64,000 nucleotides of DNA from Thermodesulfovibrionales bacterium (GTDB lineage: Bacteria > Nitrospirota > Thermodesulfovibrionia > Thermodesulfovibrionales > UBA6898), in contig JBIOIY010000003.1 in the NCBI GenBank assembly GCA_044450345.1, positions 64,001-128,000 of the forward strand, read 5' to 3'. The position numbers and the translations under genes were made by a program. Position 1 is the first letter of the stretch, and each line of letters starts with the position of its first letter. Below, in pieces: positions 19,119 to 30,544 of the stretch. The notes under the pieces were generated by a model. The model worked only from the letters and a program-made list of their open reading frames with translations, searched no databases and was not told the origin of the DNA.

Positions 19119-19939
19119 AGAATGGTATGACCTTGCTTAGCCCTTCGCTGTCTGACCGCTTCATAGAGGCAGACAGCCGCTGATGTTGCCACATTAAGGC
19201 TCTCCGCATTCCCGTATATAGGAACTTTTAAAAATACATCCGCGGATTTTCTGATCGTCTCGCTGACACCGCGTGCCTCGTTTCCGAAGACGAATGCGAC
19301 AGGGCCGTCGAGTTCTGCATTAAAAACAGATTCGGCGGCATCTGCCGAAGTCACCGCCAATTTTATATTCATATCGCGAAGCCACTTCACGAAAGTTTCT
19401 GCCTTTGCATGTGCGATGGGGACATGGAAAATACTGCCGGCCGTTGCCCTTATCACCTTCGGGATAAGAACGTCGCATGTGCCCTCAAGAAGTATCACTG
19501 CGCCAATACCTGCAGCGTCGGCGGTCCTTATGATCGTGCCGAGGTTCCCGGGTTCCCGAATTCCGTCGGCAACCGCAAAGATCGGGTTTTTCTGCACGGG
19601 AAGTCTGTCAAGCGAGGATTTCTCATATGATACTACCGCTGCAATGCCCTGGGGCGTTTCCGTGTCCGTTATCTTGTTGATCACGTGTTCGGTCGTCACA
19701 AAGATATTCGCGCCCTTTGTCCGGAGGGTCTTCAAGAGCCCGCCGCCTTCTCCCTCAGAGCCGAAGCGGTCTGTGAAAAAAACCTCCCGGATGCCGACGT
19801 TTGCTTCGATCGCTGTCTCTATGATGCGACTTCCCTCGATGACGAACAGGTTTTGCTCCGGCGTATGTCTTCGCTCCCGTATCCGGACAGCTTCCTTGAT
19901 GCGGAGGTTGGCTGTGCTGGTAATTCTGAGAAATTCCAT
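19115..19939 (-). CDS. TrmH/SpoU-family RNA methyltransferase
   Basis: EPGNLGTIIRTA, FGNEARG, ESLNVA. Confidence 0.92.
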   Translation of the reverse strand: MEFLRITSTANLRIKEAVRIRERRHTPEQNLFVIEGSRIIETAIEANVGIREVFFTDRFGSEGEGGGLLKTLRTKGANIFVTTEHVINKITDTETPQGIAAVVSYEKSSLDRLPVQKNPIFAVADGIREPGNLGTIIRTADAAGIGAVILLEGTCDVLIPKVIRATAGSIFHVPIAHAKAETFVKWLRDMNIKLAVTSADAAESVFNAELDGPVAFVFGNEARGVSETIRKSADVFLKVPIYGNAESLNVATSAAVCLYEAVRQRRAKQGHTIL

Positions 19940-20090
19940 GACAGACTAACTTTATCAGAAATAGGGTTTAGTTTCTATAGTGGCGGCAAGACGGCGTAAA
20001 CACCGTGAGAAAACCTTGCTTTCTCACGGTGTAAAATTGACTAATTGGAAGGTATTATTTTACATTAAGTAAGTACGCAAGGAGGAGAAT

Positions 20091-21383
20091 TTGGGCACTA
20101 CCATTGAAGATATAAGCACAACAAGGAAGCGGCTGAAAATCGAGATCCCGACGGATATTATAGAGAAGGAATATTCCGAATCGATGGACAAGGTGAGGCA
20201 GAGGTCCCGTATTCCCGGTTTCAGGCCCGGCAAGGCCCCGATCACTCTCATAGAAAAAAAATTCGGCAATGACGTCAAGGCCGACATTATAGACAGACTC
20301 GTGCCCCAATATTACTCAAAGGCAATGAAAGAAGCTGAACTCGTGCCTGTGACCCTTCCCCAGTTCGAGGGCACGCTGGATTTTAAACGCAACGAACCCC
20401 TTTCCTTTGCACTTACGGTCGAAGTGAGGCCGAAGGTCGGCGATCTGAAATATGCCGGATTGAAAGTCGATGATATCCCCTTCGATGTCGAGGAAAAAGA
20501 GATAGAAGATACGATCAAAGGACTTCAGGAAGGAAGGGCGATGTTTGAGGGGGTAGAAAGAGAGATCAGGGAAGACGACCTCATCTTAATAGATTATGTC
20601 AAGCTTGATACGACCGGTGAGAAAGAACTCTCTTCTGCAAAAGACCAGGTAATGAACCTCGGGAACAACCTGACGCCAAAAGGGATCCTCGACGAATTGC
20701 TGGGAAAAAAGAAGGGAGACGTTGCCGAGATCGTCCTCCCTGCCGTTGAAGGCGGTGAAGTGAATGAAGGCGCACAGGGGAACCGCCTGAGGATAACAGT
20801 GAAAGAGGTGAAGGAGAAGAAGCTCCCGCTGATAGACGATGAGCTCGCAAAGGATTTTGGCCACGACTCGCTCGATTCCCTGAGACAGAAGGTCAGAGAC
20901 GGGATCCTCAAGGCCAAGAAAGACAAGGCTGCGGGTGAGCAAAAGGCAAAACTCCTCGATACGCTGGTTAAGGCGTATGATTTCGATATCCCGGAGACGA
21001 TGCTCGAACATGAACTCCAGACCCTTGTGGTAAACGAGAAGCACAGAGGACAGCCCCAAGGGGGTGCGCAGAAGACGGCCGAGGAGACTTCTCCGGGGGA
21101 TGACGATAAGCTTGCCGAGGAACTCAGACCCAAGGCGGTCCATAACGTTAAAGCTACCATACTTCTCGATATGATCGGTGAAAAAGAGGGGGTGTCCGTC
21201 ACCGAGGAGGAACTGAAGACCAGAATATCCCTGCTCGCCCGGCATCTCCAGACAACACCGGAGGCCGTGGTCAACCTTTTTATGACAAAGGACGAGTCCC
21301 TCGAAGGCCTGAAGCATTCGATAAGGGACGAGAAGGTGCTGGACCTCATCTTGTCTAAAGCTGAAATTACAAAAGGAGCATAA
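20091..21383 (+). CDS. tig: Trigger factor
   Basis: IPGFRPGKAP ribosome-binding motif; AAGGAGG RBS with TTG start; upstream of clpPX. Confidence 0.95.
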   Translation: MGTTIEDISTTRKRLKIEIPTDIIEKEYSESMDKVRQRSRIPGFRPGKAPITLIEKKFGNDVKADIIDRLVPQYYSKAMKEAELVPVTLPQFEGTLDFKRNEPLSFALTVEVRPKVGDLKYAGLKVDDIPFDVEEKEIEDTIKGLQEGRAMFEGVEREIREDDLILIDYVKLDTTGEKELSSAKDQVMNLGNNLTPKGILDELLGKKKGDVAEIVLPAVEGGEVNEGAQGNRLRITVKEVKEKKLPLIDDELAKDFGHDSLDSLRQKVRDGILKAKKDKAAGEQKAKLLDTLVKAYDFDIPETMLEHELQTLVVNEKHRGQPQGGAQKTAEETSPGDDDKLAEELRPKAVHNVKATILLDMIGEKEGVSVTEEELKTRISLLARHLQTTPEAVVNLFMTKDESLEGLKHSIRDEKVLDLILSKAEITKGA

Positions 21384-21389
21384 TAGATC

Positions 21390-21986
21390 ATGAGCGTAAT
21401 ACCGATAGTCATTGAACAGACCGGCAGATCCGAAAGGGCCTATGACATATATTCGAGGCTCTTAAAGGACAGGATCATTTTCCTGGGCACCGCTATCGAC
21501 GATAATGTCGCGAATACGGTCATTGCACAGATACTCTTCCTCCAGACCGAGGACCCCGACAAGGACATACATATCTATGTGAACTCTCCGGGGGGTGTGG
21601 TATCTTCCGGCCTTGCGATTTACGACACTATGCAGTATGTAAAACCCGATATCGCCACGTATTGTGTTGGACAGGCCGCGAGCATGGGAGCCCTCCTTCT
21701 TGCCGCAGGCACAAAGGGAAAGCGGTTTGCACTGCCGAATTCCAGAATAATGCTGCACCAGCCGATGGGCGGGTTCCAGGGTCAGGCTACCGATATCGAG
21801 ATCCATGCAAGGGAGATATTGAGAATGAAAGATACCCTCAACAATATCCTTTCATCTCATACGGGACAGCCTTTTGACAAGATACGGAACGATACCGACA
21901 GGGACTTTTTTATGTCGGGGGCAGAGGCGAAGGAGTACGGGATCGTCGATGAAGTAATCTATACTATGAAGAAGAAAAAGGGGTAA
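21390..21986 (+). CDS. clpP: ATP-dependent Clp protease proteolytic subunit
   Basis: [29 protein letters not shown]. Confidence 0.98.
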   Translation: MSVIPIVIEQTGRSERAYDIYSRLLKDRIIFLGTAIDDNVANTVIAQILFLQTEDPDKDIHIYVNSPGGVVSSGLAIYDTMQYVKPDIATYCVGQAASMGALLLAAGTKGKRFALPNSRIMLHQPMGGFQGQATDIEIHAREILRMKDTLNNILSSHTGQPFDKIRNDTDRDFFMSGAEAKEYGIVDEVIYTMKKKKG

Positions 21987-22021
21987 GCCGGGCATGACAG
22001 CGGTTCCGGTGGAGGATTAGA

Positions 22022-23263
22022 ATGGCGAAAAAAGACGAAGAAGCGCTTAAATGTTCATTCTGCGGCAAGGGGCAGGAAGAGGTAAAAAAACTTATCGCGG
22101 GACCGACCGTATATATCTGTAATGAGTGCATAGAGCTCTGTAACGAGATAATCGCGGATGAACTGTATGTGGAGGCGGGGGGAGAGGCGCTCCCGAAGTT
22201 ACCCACCCCCAAGGAGATCCACAATGTCCTGAACGATTTCGTGATAGGGCAGGAAAGGGCCAAAAAAATTCTTTCCGTTGCAGTTCATAACCATTACAAA
22301 AGGATTTACAACCCGGCCGAATCCGACGTGGAGCTGCAAAAAAGCAATATACTCCTGATCGGGCCGACCGGGACCGGAAAGACCCTGCTGGCGCAGACCC
22401 TGGCGAAGATATTGGACGTGCCTTTTACAATAGCGGACGCAACGACTCTTACCGAGGCCGGATATGTTGGAGAGGACGTGGAGAATATCATTCTCAAGCT
22501 CCTCCAGGCGGCCGACTATGATGTCGAGAGGGCCCAGAGGGGGATCGTATATATAGACGAGATAGACAAGATCAGCAGAAAATCCGATAACCCCTCTATA
22601 ACGCGCGACGTCTCCGGAGAAGGCGTGCAGCAGGCGCTTCTGAAGATAATAGAGGGTACGGTTGCCAATATCCCGCCTCAGGGAGGGCGCAAGCACCCTC
22701 AGCAGGATTTCATCCAGGTGGACACGACAAACATCCTCTTTATCTGCGGGGGGGCTTTCATAGGACTAGATGGGATAGTGGAACAGAGGACAGGCAAAAA
22801 GACCGTCGGATTCGGGACGAACGTCGTGAGCAAGAGCGAGAAAAAAATAGGAGAAATCCTGAGCTCTGCGGAGCCCGGAGATCTTATCAAATACGGCCTC
22901 ATCCCTGAATTTGTGGGCAGACTTCCGGTTGTCACGACGCTCGAAGAGCTCGATGAAGCCGCTCTCGTAAGAATACTCTCGGAGCCGAAGAATGCGCTGG
23001 TCAAGCAGTACCAGAAACTGCTGTCTTTCGATAACGTCAGGCTGAAATTCACGGACGGCTCCTTGACTGCCGTAGCTAAAAAAGCGGTGCTCCGCAAATC
23101 GGGTGCGAGGGGGTTGAGGGCGATACTTGAAGAGATAATGCTCGATGTGATGTATGAAATCCCTTCTCAGAAGGGCATAAAAGAATGCCTGGTAACCGAG
23201 GAGACCGTAATAAAAAGGGACAAACCGATACTCATTTACGAAAAACAGGCAGAATCGGCGTAA
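22022..23263 (+). CDS. clpX: ATP-dependent Clp protease ATP-binding subunit
   Basis: CSFCGK zinc finger, [21 protein letters not shown]. Confidence 0.98.
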   Translation: MAKKDEEALKCSFCGKGQEEVKKLIAGPTVYICNECIELCNEIIADELYVEAGGEALPKLPTPKEIHNVLNDFVIGQERAKKILSVAVHNHYKRIYNPAESDVELQKSNILLIGPTGTGKTLLAQTLAKILDVPFTIADATTLTEAGYVGEDVENIILKLLQAADYDVERAQRGIVYIDEIDKISRKSDNPSITRDVSGEGVQQALLKIIEGTVANIPPQGGRKHPQQDFIQVDTTNILFICGGAFIGLDGIVEQRTGKKTVGFGTNVVSKSEKKIGEILSSAEPGDLIKYGLIPEFVGRLPVVTTLEELDEAALVRILSEPKNALVKQYQKLLSFDNVRLKFTDGSLTAVAKKAVLRKSGARGLRAILEEIMLDVMYEIPSQKGIKECLVTEETVIKRDKPILIYEKQAESA

Positions 23264-23287
23264 AGAATAAAGAGGATGTTCAAGCAG

Positions 23288-23320
23288 AAAGGGAGCGGCT
23301 TTAAAGCCCGCTCCCTTTTT
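23288..23320. terminator. Bidirectional terminator between clpX and the DUF721 gene
   Basis: AAAGGGAGCGG...CCGCTCCCTTTTT. Confidence 0.8.
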
Positions 23321-23750
23321 ATTTTTTTGTTCTCAGGGATTTTTCAGCGGCTGCACGCACCGCATTTCTTAGTTCGGCGTCGCTGATATTGTCAGTGAGG
23401 CACTCGATAAAGCTCGCATCTTCAGATGACAGTTCGGACGGTTTCTGACAGGTCTCCTCGCAGGTCCCCGCAGGGGAGACCTTACCGATCCTGAACCGGA
23501 TTTCCCGGACGCCGTGTCCTCTCAGTTTCGCCAGTATCTCTTTCTTTAAAAAATTGAGCTGCTGGATCCATATCGGGGAATCGACGTTCAGAAGGAGTTC
23601 TCCTTCAGTCAGCCGTGAAGGAGACATATGGAGCGAGAGAGGCTTCTCAAAGAGAGTATGCCAGTCGTTCTTGATTCGTGAAAGGCGGACGCCGGACTCG
23701 ATGCCGAGCCTTTTCACTAACGGTCCGAGCAGGGAGCCCGCCTTTTCCAT
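23319..23750 (-). CDS. DUF721 / DciA-like protein
   Basis: W..L....LLLNVDSPIWIQQL..LK..IL.KL...IRFRIG pattern; ATG overlaps the rpmB stop (TAATG). Confidence 0.8.
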   Translation of the reverse strand: MEKAGSLLGPLVKRLGIESGVRLSRIKNDWHTLFEKPLSLHMSPSRLTEGELLLNVDSPIWIQQLNFLKKEILAKLRGHGVREIRFRIGKVSPAGTCEETCQKPSELSSEDASFIECLTDNISDAELRNAVRAAAEKSLRTKK

Positions 23751-23938
23751 TATACGATCTTTTTCACGACACCCGAGCGAAGGCATCTGGTACAGACGTA
23801 AGCCCTTTTTACTCCCTTCGCAGTAGCGATTCGAGTACTTTGAAGATTGGGCATTATACGTCTCTTTGTCTTGTTGTTGGCATGACTGACATTATTACCG
23901 ACAGACTTTTTCTTTCCGCACGCAACACAGCTTGCCAC
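23750..23938 (-). CDS. rpmB: 50S ribosomal protein L28 (Zn-ribbon, C+ form)
   Basis: [44 protein letters not shown] start. Confidence 0.96.
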   Translation of the reverse strand: MASCVACGKKKSVGNNVSHANNKTKRRIMPNLQSTRIATAKGVKRAYVCTRCLRSGVVKKIV

Positions 23939-24065
23939 TAGTGGATCCTCCTTTCAGAATTGCAATAATTGAGTCATTTATGATACCATTTTAAGATTAA
24001 TGATACAAGGACAGACGGTTGTTCGTCTATTGTTAAAAAAACGTTTTCAAGTAAGGCCCTGAATA

Positions 24066-26495
24066 ATGTCAAAAGTAAGAATATACGAGTTAGCCAAAAA
24101 GTTAAATAAACAAAATAAAGAGATCCTTGACGAGCTTTTGAAGCTTGGCATAGAAGGCAAGACCCACTCATCCGGCATAGAGGCTGAGATCGCGGAAAAA
24201 ATAACGAAGGCCCTCACGGCTCCCGTCCCCTCCAAGGCGGGAAAACCGGTCCCAAAAGTTCAAGTGAAACCGCCTCAGGAGCGGATGCCTGAGACGCCGA
24301 CTCCTCCTATGAAGCCTCAGCAGCAGAAGGAGGCTGTCAAGGTGCCCGAAAGAAAGGCAGTTCCAGAGACCGCCAGGCCCCATCCTGCATTTGAAAAAAA
24401 AGGACCGGGTGAACAGCAGGACCCCGCACAGAAAGCACAGAAAAAGGCCGTTGCCGAAACCGGGGTGAAGGAGCCTTCTGTTCCTGAAGAAACGGTAGCC
24501 CCGCCTCTTCCGACTGCTGAGACAGAGGAAGAGATAAAATTACCCGATAAGTTCAAGAAAGAAATGGAGGCCGAGAAGATAGAGAAGTTCAAGGCCAAGC
24601 CGGGTCTTCAGCGCGCTTTTCAGGCCATAAGGAAGATTGAGCCGAAGAGATGGGATGTTAAAGGCGGTAAACATAAGGGCGATAGGGGACGATTCGGCCA
24701 GAGACAGGATACGAAGGGACAGATCCTTTCCACGATGCCCAGGAAGAAGAATCTGAAACTCAGGGAAGGCACAACGGTAAAAGAGTTTTCCGAGCTTATC
24801 GGATTGAAATTTTCTGACGTCATTAAGAAGTTTATGGAGCTGGGATACATGCCTACTATTAACCAGCCCGTGGATCCCGATGCCGCCCTCCTTGTAGCGG
24901 AGGGGTTCGGTGTCAAGCTCGAACTTGCGTCGGTTGAGGAAGATACCCACTTAGAGGAAGTGCAGGAGGACGTTACAAAGCTGATTCCGAGGGCCCCCGT
25001 AGTTACTATTATGGGACATGTCGACCATGGCAAAACGTCACTTCTCGACGCCATCAGGGAAACGAAGGTCACCGAGACCGAGGCCGGGGGAATAACCCAG
25101 CATATAGGAGCCTACAAGGTCAATCTTAAGGGGAAGGACATTGTCTTCCTCGACACGCCCGGGCATGAGGCGTTCACGTCAATGAGAGCCAGAGGCGCAA
25201 AGGTTACGGATATTGTCGTCCTTGTAGTCGCAGCCGACGACGGGGTGATGCCGCAGACCGTTGAAGCGATAAACCACGCAAAAGCTGCCAACGTACCTAT
25301 TGTGGTTGCGGTTAACAAGATTGATAAGCCCGAGGCGAATCCTGCAAAGGTGAAGAGCGAGCTTTCCGAACACGGCATTATCTCGGAGGAGTGGGGGGGG
25401 CACAATATCTTTGTGGAGGTCTCGGCGAAGAAGCGGATAGGGATCGAACATCTGCTCGAAATGATACTCCTGCAGGCCGAGATAATGGAACTCAAGGCAA
25501 ATCCCGATAGGGAGGCAAAAGGCACGGTCATCGAGGCCAAGCTCGATAAGGGCAGAGGTCCTGTCGCTACCTTGCTTGTCCAGACAGGGACGCTCAGAGG
25601 GGGAGAGGCGCTGCTGTCCGGCGTGCATGTAGGAAAGGTGAGGGCTTTGATCGACGACTCCGGCAAGAGGATCCAGGCCGCCGGTCCTTCGACCCCTGTC
25701 GAAGTGATAGGGTTTTCTGAAGTGCCTTCCGCCGGGGATGTATTTACCGTAGTGGAAGATGAAAAAAGGGCCCGGCAGATAGCAATGGCGAGGTTCCAGA
25801 AGCAGAGGTCCATCGAGATTGCGAAGGCGAAAAAATTGACCCTTGACGAGCTTTACACAAAGATTAAAGAAGGACAGATAAAGGAACTGAACATCATCAT
25901 CAAAGGAGATGTCCAGGGTTCTGTGGAGGCGCTCAAGGACGCCCTTGAAAATATCACCCATCCCGAAGTTAAGGTGAAAGTCATTCACACCTCGGTAGGA
26001 GGAATCAACGAGTCAGACGTCATGCTTGCGACCGCTTCGAATGCGATCATAATAGGTTTCAATGTGCGGCCCGAAACCAAGGCCTCGCAAACCGCCGAGA
26101 AAGAAGGGGTCGACATCAGACTGTACAATGTGATTTACGAAGCGATAGAGGACGTCAAAAAAGCTTTAGAGGGTATGCTTGAACCAACACTCAAGGAGAA
26201 GGTCCTTGGGCGGGCGGAAGTCAGGCAGCTCTTCCCTGTATCGAGACTAGGAACGATCGCGGGCTGTTATGTCGTCGATGGGTACATGTCGCGCGTGTGC
26301 GATGGTATCCGGGTCTTGAGGGACAACATAGTCGTATATGAGGGGAAACTCAGCACGCTCAAAAGGTTTAAAGATGATGTGAAGGAAGTCCAGACCGGCT
26401 ATGAATGCGGGATCCTCATAGAGAACTTCAACGACCTGAAGGTCGGGGACATCCTCGAAAACTATATCATAGAAAAAATAGCCGCGAAATTATAA
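24066..26495 (+). CDS. infB: Translation initiation factor IF-2
   Basis: [10 protein letters not shown]-domain, [25 protein letters not shown]. Confidence 0.98.
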   Translation: MSKVRIYELAKKLNKQNKEILDELLKLGIEGKTHSSGIEAEIAEKITKALTAPVPSKAGKPVPKVQVKPPQERMPETPTPPMKPQQQKEAVKVPERKAVPETARPHPAFEKKGPGEQQDPAQKAQKKAVAETGVKEPSVPEETVAPPLPTAETEEEIKLPDKFKKEMEAEKIEKFKAKPGLQRAFQAIRKIEPKRWDVKGGKHKGDRGRFGQRQDTKGQILSTMPRKKNLKLREGTTVKEFSELIGLKFSDVIKKFMELGYMPTINQPVDPDAALLVAEGFGVKLELASVEEDTHLEEVQEDVTKLIPRAPVVTIMGHVDHGKTSLLDAIRETKVTETEAGGITQHIGAYKVNLKGKDIVFLDTPGHEAFTSMRARGAKVTDIVVLVVAADDGVMPQTVEAINHAKAANVPIVVAVNKIDKPEANPAKVKSELSEHGIISEEWGGHNIFVEVSAKKRIGIEHLLEMILLQAEIMELKANPDREAKGTVIEAKLDKGRGPVATLLVQTGTLRGGEALLSGVHVGKVRALIDDSGKRIQAAGPSTPVEVIGFSEVPSAGDVFTVVEDEKRARQIAMARFQKQRSIEIAKAKKLTLDELYTKIKEGQIKELNIIIKGDVQGSVEALKDALENITHPEVKVKVIHTSVGGINESDVMLATASNAIIIGFNVRPETKASQTAEKEGVDIRLYNVIYEAIEDVKKALEGMLEPTLKEKVLGRAEVRQLFPVSRLGTIAGCYVVDGYMSRVCDGIRVLRDNIVVYEGKLSTLKRFKDDVKEVQTGYECGILIENFNDLKVGDILENYIIEKIAAKL

Positions 26496-26612
26496 CAGTA
26501 GTTTTTCCCGAGTCCCTGCCCCCTTCTCAAGGGGGATCTTATTCCCCGGCTCCAGAGGAGAAAATGGATTTTATTAATTGTGTTCTCAGGGAGACAATAG
26601 ATAAGGTGATAT

Positions 26613-26969
26613 ATGCTTCCCTATAAGCGTTCGGACAGGGTCGGCGACCTCATCAGAGAAGAAGTCGCTGATATTATAATGTATAAGCTGAAGGACCCTA
26701 GAATCGGGTTTGTCACCGTCACGGGAGTTGATCTCAGCCCTGATCTCAAGTTGGCGAAGGTCTACGTAAGCATCCTTAAAGAGGACGAGAGAGCACAGAC
26801 ACTCGACATCCTTAATTCATCGAGGCACTTTATCAGGTCCTTACTGACTAAGAGGCTGAAGATGAAGATCATCCCTACTATAGAATTCAGGCTGGATACC
26901 TCTATCGAATACGGATTCAAGATAGACAAGTTGCTGAAGGAGATAAAGGACAGCGATGAGGATACCTAG
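26613..26969 (+). CDS. rbfA: Ribosome-binding factor A
   Basis: KDPRIGFVTVT.V.LSPDL..AKVYVS; position after infB. Confidence 0.95.
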   Translation: MLPYKRSDRVGDLIREEVADIIMYKLKDPRIGFVTVTGVDLSPDLKLAKVYVSILKEDERAQTLDILNSSRHFIRSLLTKRLKMKIIPTIEFRLDTSIEYGFKIDKLLKEIKDSDEDT

Positions 26970-27906
26970 AAATCTTCTTGCGGCGTTAAGGAAAGAAGGT
27001 CCTTTTTTGATCGCCGCCCATGTCGATCCGGACGGTGATGCGATAGGCTCGGCCCTTGCTCTTTCGGCCGCACTTGAATCCATGGGGAAAAAGTCATTTG
27101 TTTTCAGCAGAGACCCTGTCCCCAAATATTACAAGTTCCTTGCCGGGTATGATAAGTTCGCGTCCCGCTTGAAGGACATTATGAAAGAAGACCCGGTGCT
27201 CGTACTTGTCGACTGCAATACTCCAGAGAGGGCTGCTGTCGAGGAGTATCGATTCAGAAAGTCAATTGTAATCGACCATCACGAGACCGAAAAGGACTTC
27301 GGAGACATACGATGGATCGATCACAGGGCCGCAGCTACTGGTTTCATGATTTATTATCTGATCAAGGCCCTTCGCATTGCACCCACAAAAGATATTGCCG
27401 TAAATCTTTACACTGCAATTTGCGTTGACACGGGGACCTTCAGATACAGCAATACCTCAGCCGACGTCCTTCGCGTAAGCGCCGAGCTCGTCGAGGCTGG
27501 GGCCGACCCTGGCCTTATTGCCGTGAACCTTTATGAGTCGTGGGATTATAAAAGGTTCAGGCTTTTGATGATGACCCTCAACACGCTGGAGGTGAGGAAC
27601 AGGATCGCGGTGATCCATGTTACCCAAAACATGTTTAAGGAAACGGGCACTCGCTCTGAAGATACCGAACATTTCTCAAGTTTTCCGCGGATGATCGGAG
27701 CGGTCAAGATGGCGGTCCTCTTGAGAGAGCTGGACAAGGGCGAGTGGAAAGCTAGCCTTAGGTCCAGGGGCGGGGTAAACGTGGCCCGGATCGCCGAGAA
27801 ATTCGGGGGAGGCGGGCATAATAACGCGGCGGGCTTTAAAATTAAGGCCGATCTGAAAACTGTGAAAGAGATCCTCTTCGGAACGGCCCGAAGATCTTCG
27901 AAGTAG
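26956..27906 (+). CDS. DHH-family phosphoesterase (NrnA-like)
   Basis: HVDPDGDAIGS, IDHH, DTGTF, GGGGHNNAAG. Confidence 0.92.
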   Translation: MRIPRNLLAALRKEGPFLIAAHVDPDGDAIGSALALSAALESMGKKSFVFSRDPVPKYYKFLAGYDKFASRLKDIMKEDPVLVLVDCNTPERAAVEEYRFRKSIVIDHHETEKDFGDIRWIDHRAAATGFMIYYLIKALRIAPTKDIAVNLYTAICVDTGTFRYSNTSADVLRVSAELVEAGADPGLIAVNLYESWDYKRFRLLMMTLNTLEVRNRIAVIHVTQNMFKETGTRSEDTEHFSSFPRMIGAVKMAVLLRELDKGEWKASLRSRGGVNVARIAEKFGGGGHNNAAGFKIKADLKTVKEILFGTARRSSK

Positions 27907-27951
27907 AGGGCGGACCTTCTTGCCTTTCCCCTCCTGCGCAGTACAGTTGCA

Positions 27952-28836
27952 ATGGACCTGATAATCAATCTCAATAAGCCTTTCGGCATTACTTCCCATC
28001 AGGCAGTGACGGGGGTAAAGCGTCTGCTGGGTGTCAAGAAGGCGGGCCACACCGGCACCCTTGATCCCGCAGCCACAGGGGTACTTCTCATATGTCTCAA
28101 CGAAGCGACGAAAGTGAGCAGATTCCTTCTCGATATGGACAAGCGATACCGTGCGAGGGTCAAACTCGGGGAGAGGACCGATACTTATGACGCTCAGGGG
28201 ACGGTCATCGAGCAGAGTGACGCATCTGCTCTCACTGAAAAAGATGTTGTCAGGGCCGTCAAGATGTTTGAAGGCAGCATAACCCAAAAACCCCCCATGT
28301 ATTCAGCGGTAAAAGTGCAGGGCAAAAAACTCTATGAGCTTGCCAGAAAAGGCGTGGAGATTGAGCGCCGGGAGAGGCATGTCCATATATATGAGATCCA
28401 TGTATGCGGATTTGATTTGCCCTATTTCGATCTGGAGGTATCCTGTTCCAAGGGGACCTATATCCGGACCCTTTGCGATGATATCGGGTCGGTCCTTGGC
28501 ACTGGTGCCATTCTTTACTCTCTCGAAAGATCAGCGATCGGACCTTTTGAAATAAAAAATTCTGCAACTCCGGAAGAATTGGGAAGAGACGATTTTTTCG
28601 AGTACAAAAAAAAATCATTTTGTTCGATCGATGAGGCCCTTTCAGAATTCAGGGAAATAGTGCTGGATGATGTTGACTATCGAGGCGCAAAAAGAGGCGT
28701 CCCGATAAAAACCAATAGGATCAAAGACTTACCAACCGGAAGCTTTGTGAAATTGAAAGGACCGCTCGGGGATTTATTTGGGATCGGGCTAGTAGATGCT
28801 GAACTTATACGAATCGAAAGAATCCTAAATTTCTAA
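27952..28836 (+). CDS. truB: tRNA pseudouridine-55 synthase
   Basis: KAGHTGTLDP, PPMYSAVK, CSKGTYIRTL. Confidence 0.97.
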   Translation: MDLIINLNKPFGITSHQAVTGVKRLLGVKKAGHTGTLDPAATGVLLICLNEATKVSRFLLDMDKRYRARVKLGERTDTYDAQGTVIEQSDASALTEKDVVRAVKMFEGSITQKPPMYSAVKVQGKKLYELARKGVEIERRERHVHIYEIHVCGFDLPYFDLEVSCSKGTYIRTLCDDIGSVLGTGAILYSLERSAIGPFEIKNSATPEELGRDDFFEYKKKSFCSIDEALSEFREIVLDDVDYRGAKRGVPIKTNRIKDLPTGSFVKLKGPLGDLFGIGLVDAELIRIERILNF

Positions 28837-28919
28837 CCTGACAGCCTTAATTGTTAAACTAATTTCTAAGAGTTAAGATTAAACTATTTGAAATCACAGC
28901 AATATTTATAAAAAAAACC

Positions 28920-28948
28920 TTGACAATATATTTTTTTTCTGGTATTCA
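28920..28948 (+). promoter_or_regulatory. Sigma70-type promoter of pilM (possibly leaderless)
   Basis: TTGACA-17 nt-TATTCA with TG extension; ATG 6 nt downstream, no SD. Confidence 0.55.
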
Positions 28949-28954
28949 TATCCT

Positions 28955-30007
28955 ATGCTTTTTAAAGGTAAGGGTTCAATCGGATTAGATCTTGGTTCGA
29001 GCTATATCAAGACGGTAAAACTCAAAGAATCCAAGGGAAGCTACGAACTCGAGCTCTTTGACCTCTATCCTCTTCCTCCTGAACTGATCGTCGACGGCTC
29101 CATCATCGATTCTATCAGACTCGTAGATGCCATTAAGGACATGGTCAGGAAGGCCGGAGTAAAAACAAAGGACACGGCCATATCCATTTCCGGGCATTCC
29201 TCGGTTATCATCAAAAGGATCTCTCTACCCGAGATGTCCGAAGAAGACCTTTCCGAATCGATAAAGTTCGAGGCCGAACAATATGTCCCATTCGATATAG
29301 AGGACGTCAACCTCGATTTCCAGATAATTGGACCGAAAGAGGAGCCGGGACAGATGGATGTAATCCTCGTGGCCGTCAAGAAAGACATCATCAATGAATA
29401 TATATCAGTGATAAAGGAAGCCGGTCTTAATCCGATCATAGTGGATATTGACGCCTTTGCGCTCGAAAATATGTACGGCATCAACTACGAGATCGAGCCC
29501 GGAAAAAATGTTGCGTTGCTTAATATCGGGGCGAGTACTATCAACATGAGTATACTGAAAGGCGGTATCTCCGTATTCACAAGAGACAGCTCCCTTGGAA
29601 GCAATCTGCATAGCGAGGCACTGCAAAGGGAATATAACATCAGCTATGAAAATGCCGAAAAACTTAAGAGGGGCGAGCCGGTCGAGAATGTGTCGTCTGA
29701 AGATGCCGCCGCTGTGATAGAATCTGCCTCCGAAGAGATACTCAGCGAGATCATAAGATCCTTCGACTACTACCGAAGCACCACGATGCACGAAGACATC
29801 TCCGAGGTGATATTCAGCGGTGGATGTGCCCTCCTCAGTAATATGTCGTCAATGATTACGGAGAAGACCGGCATCGAGACGAGGGTCGCTGAACCTTTCA
29901 GGAACATCAAGATACCGAAGAAATTCGACGAGACCACCATTCATGAAATTGCTCCTGTCATGGCTATTGCGGTTGGACTGGCATTAAGAAGGCCCGGTGA
30001 CCGATGA
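28955..30007 (+). CDS. pilM: Type IV pilus assembly protein PilM
   Basis: IGLDLGSSYIK actin-like motif, EAEQYVPF, LNIGAST, SGG. Confidence 0.95.
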   Translation: MLFKGKGSIGLDLGSSYIKTVKLKESKGSYELELFDLYPLPPELIVDGSIIDSIRLVDAIKDMVRKAGVKTKDTAISISGHSSVIIKRISLPEMSEEDLSESIKFEAEQYVPFDIEDVNLDFQIIGPKEEPGQMDVILVAVKKDIINEYISVIKEAGLNPIIVDIDAFALENMYGINYEIEPGKNVALLNIGASTINMSILKGGISVFTRDSSLGSNLHSEALQREYNISYENAEKLKRGEPVENVSSEDAAAVIESASEEILSEIIRSFDYYRSTTMHEDISEVIFSGGCALLSNMSSMITEKTGIETRVAEPFRNIKIPKKFDETTIHEIAPVMAIAVGLALRRPGDR

Positions 30008-30543
30008 TAAAAGTCAACCTTCTGCCCGTTAAAAAGAAAAAGAAGGCCAAGCCTTTGCCTGCTTTTCTCCTTGTTACCATCGGCGTTGCTCTTGCTGCGG
30101 TCGCGATCGTCATTTACCTAAACTTCTCTTTTAAGGGCCGCGTGAACGCAAGAAAGGCCCAGGTGGCTGATAATGAGAGAAGGCTCGGGGAGCTCGCAAG
30201 GAAGATAAAGGCAGTTGACGACTACGAAGCGCTAAACGCCGATTTCAAGAAACGCAAGGGGATTATCGAGGAACTCGGCAAGAACAAATCGCTGCCGTTC
30301 AAGATACTCGATGAGATTAGCAGGCTTTTGTCAGATGGCGTATGGCTGACGCAAATGAGCATAACCGGCAACGACATAGCATTGTCCTGCACAGGGTTCA
30401 ATAATACCGACGTGGTAAATTTTGTGAATAGCCTGAAGGGGTCTTCCCTTTTGACAGACATATATCTGCAGGAGTCCATCCAGGCGAGCGCATCGGGTTA
30501 TTCGGTTTATAACTTTAGAATCAGCTGTAAGGTGAAATCCTGA
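30004..30543 (+). CDS. pilN: Type IV pilus assembly protein PilN
   Basis: KVNLLP N-terminal motif, TM, GVWLT; operon order. Confidence 0.92.
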   Translation: MIKVNLLPVKKKKKAKPLPAFLLVTIGVALAAVAIVIYLNFSFKGRVNARKAQVADNERRLGELARKIKAVDDYEALNADFKKRKGIIEELGKNKSLPFKILDEISRLLSDGVWLTQMSITGNDIALSCTGFNNTDVVNFVNSLKGSSLLTDIYLQESIQASASGYSVYNFRISCKVKS

Positions 30544-30544
30544 T

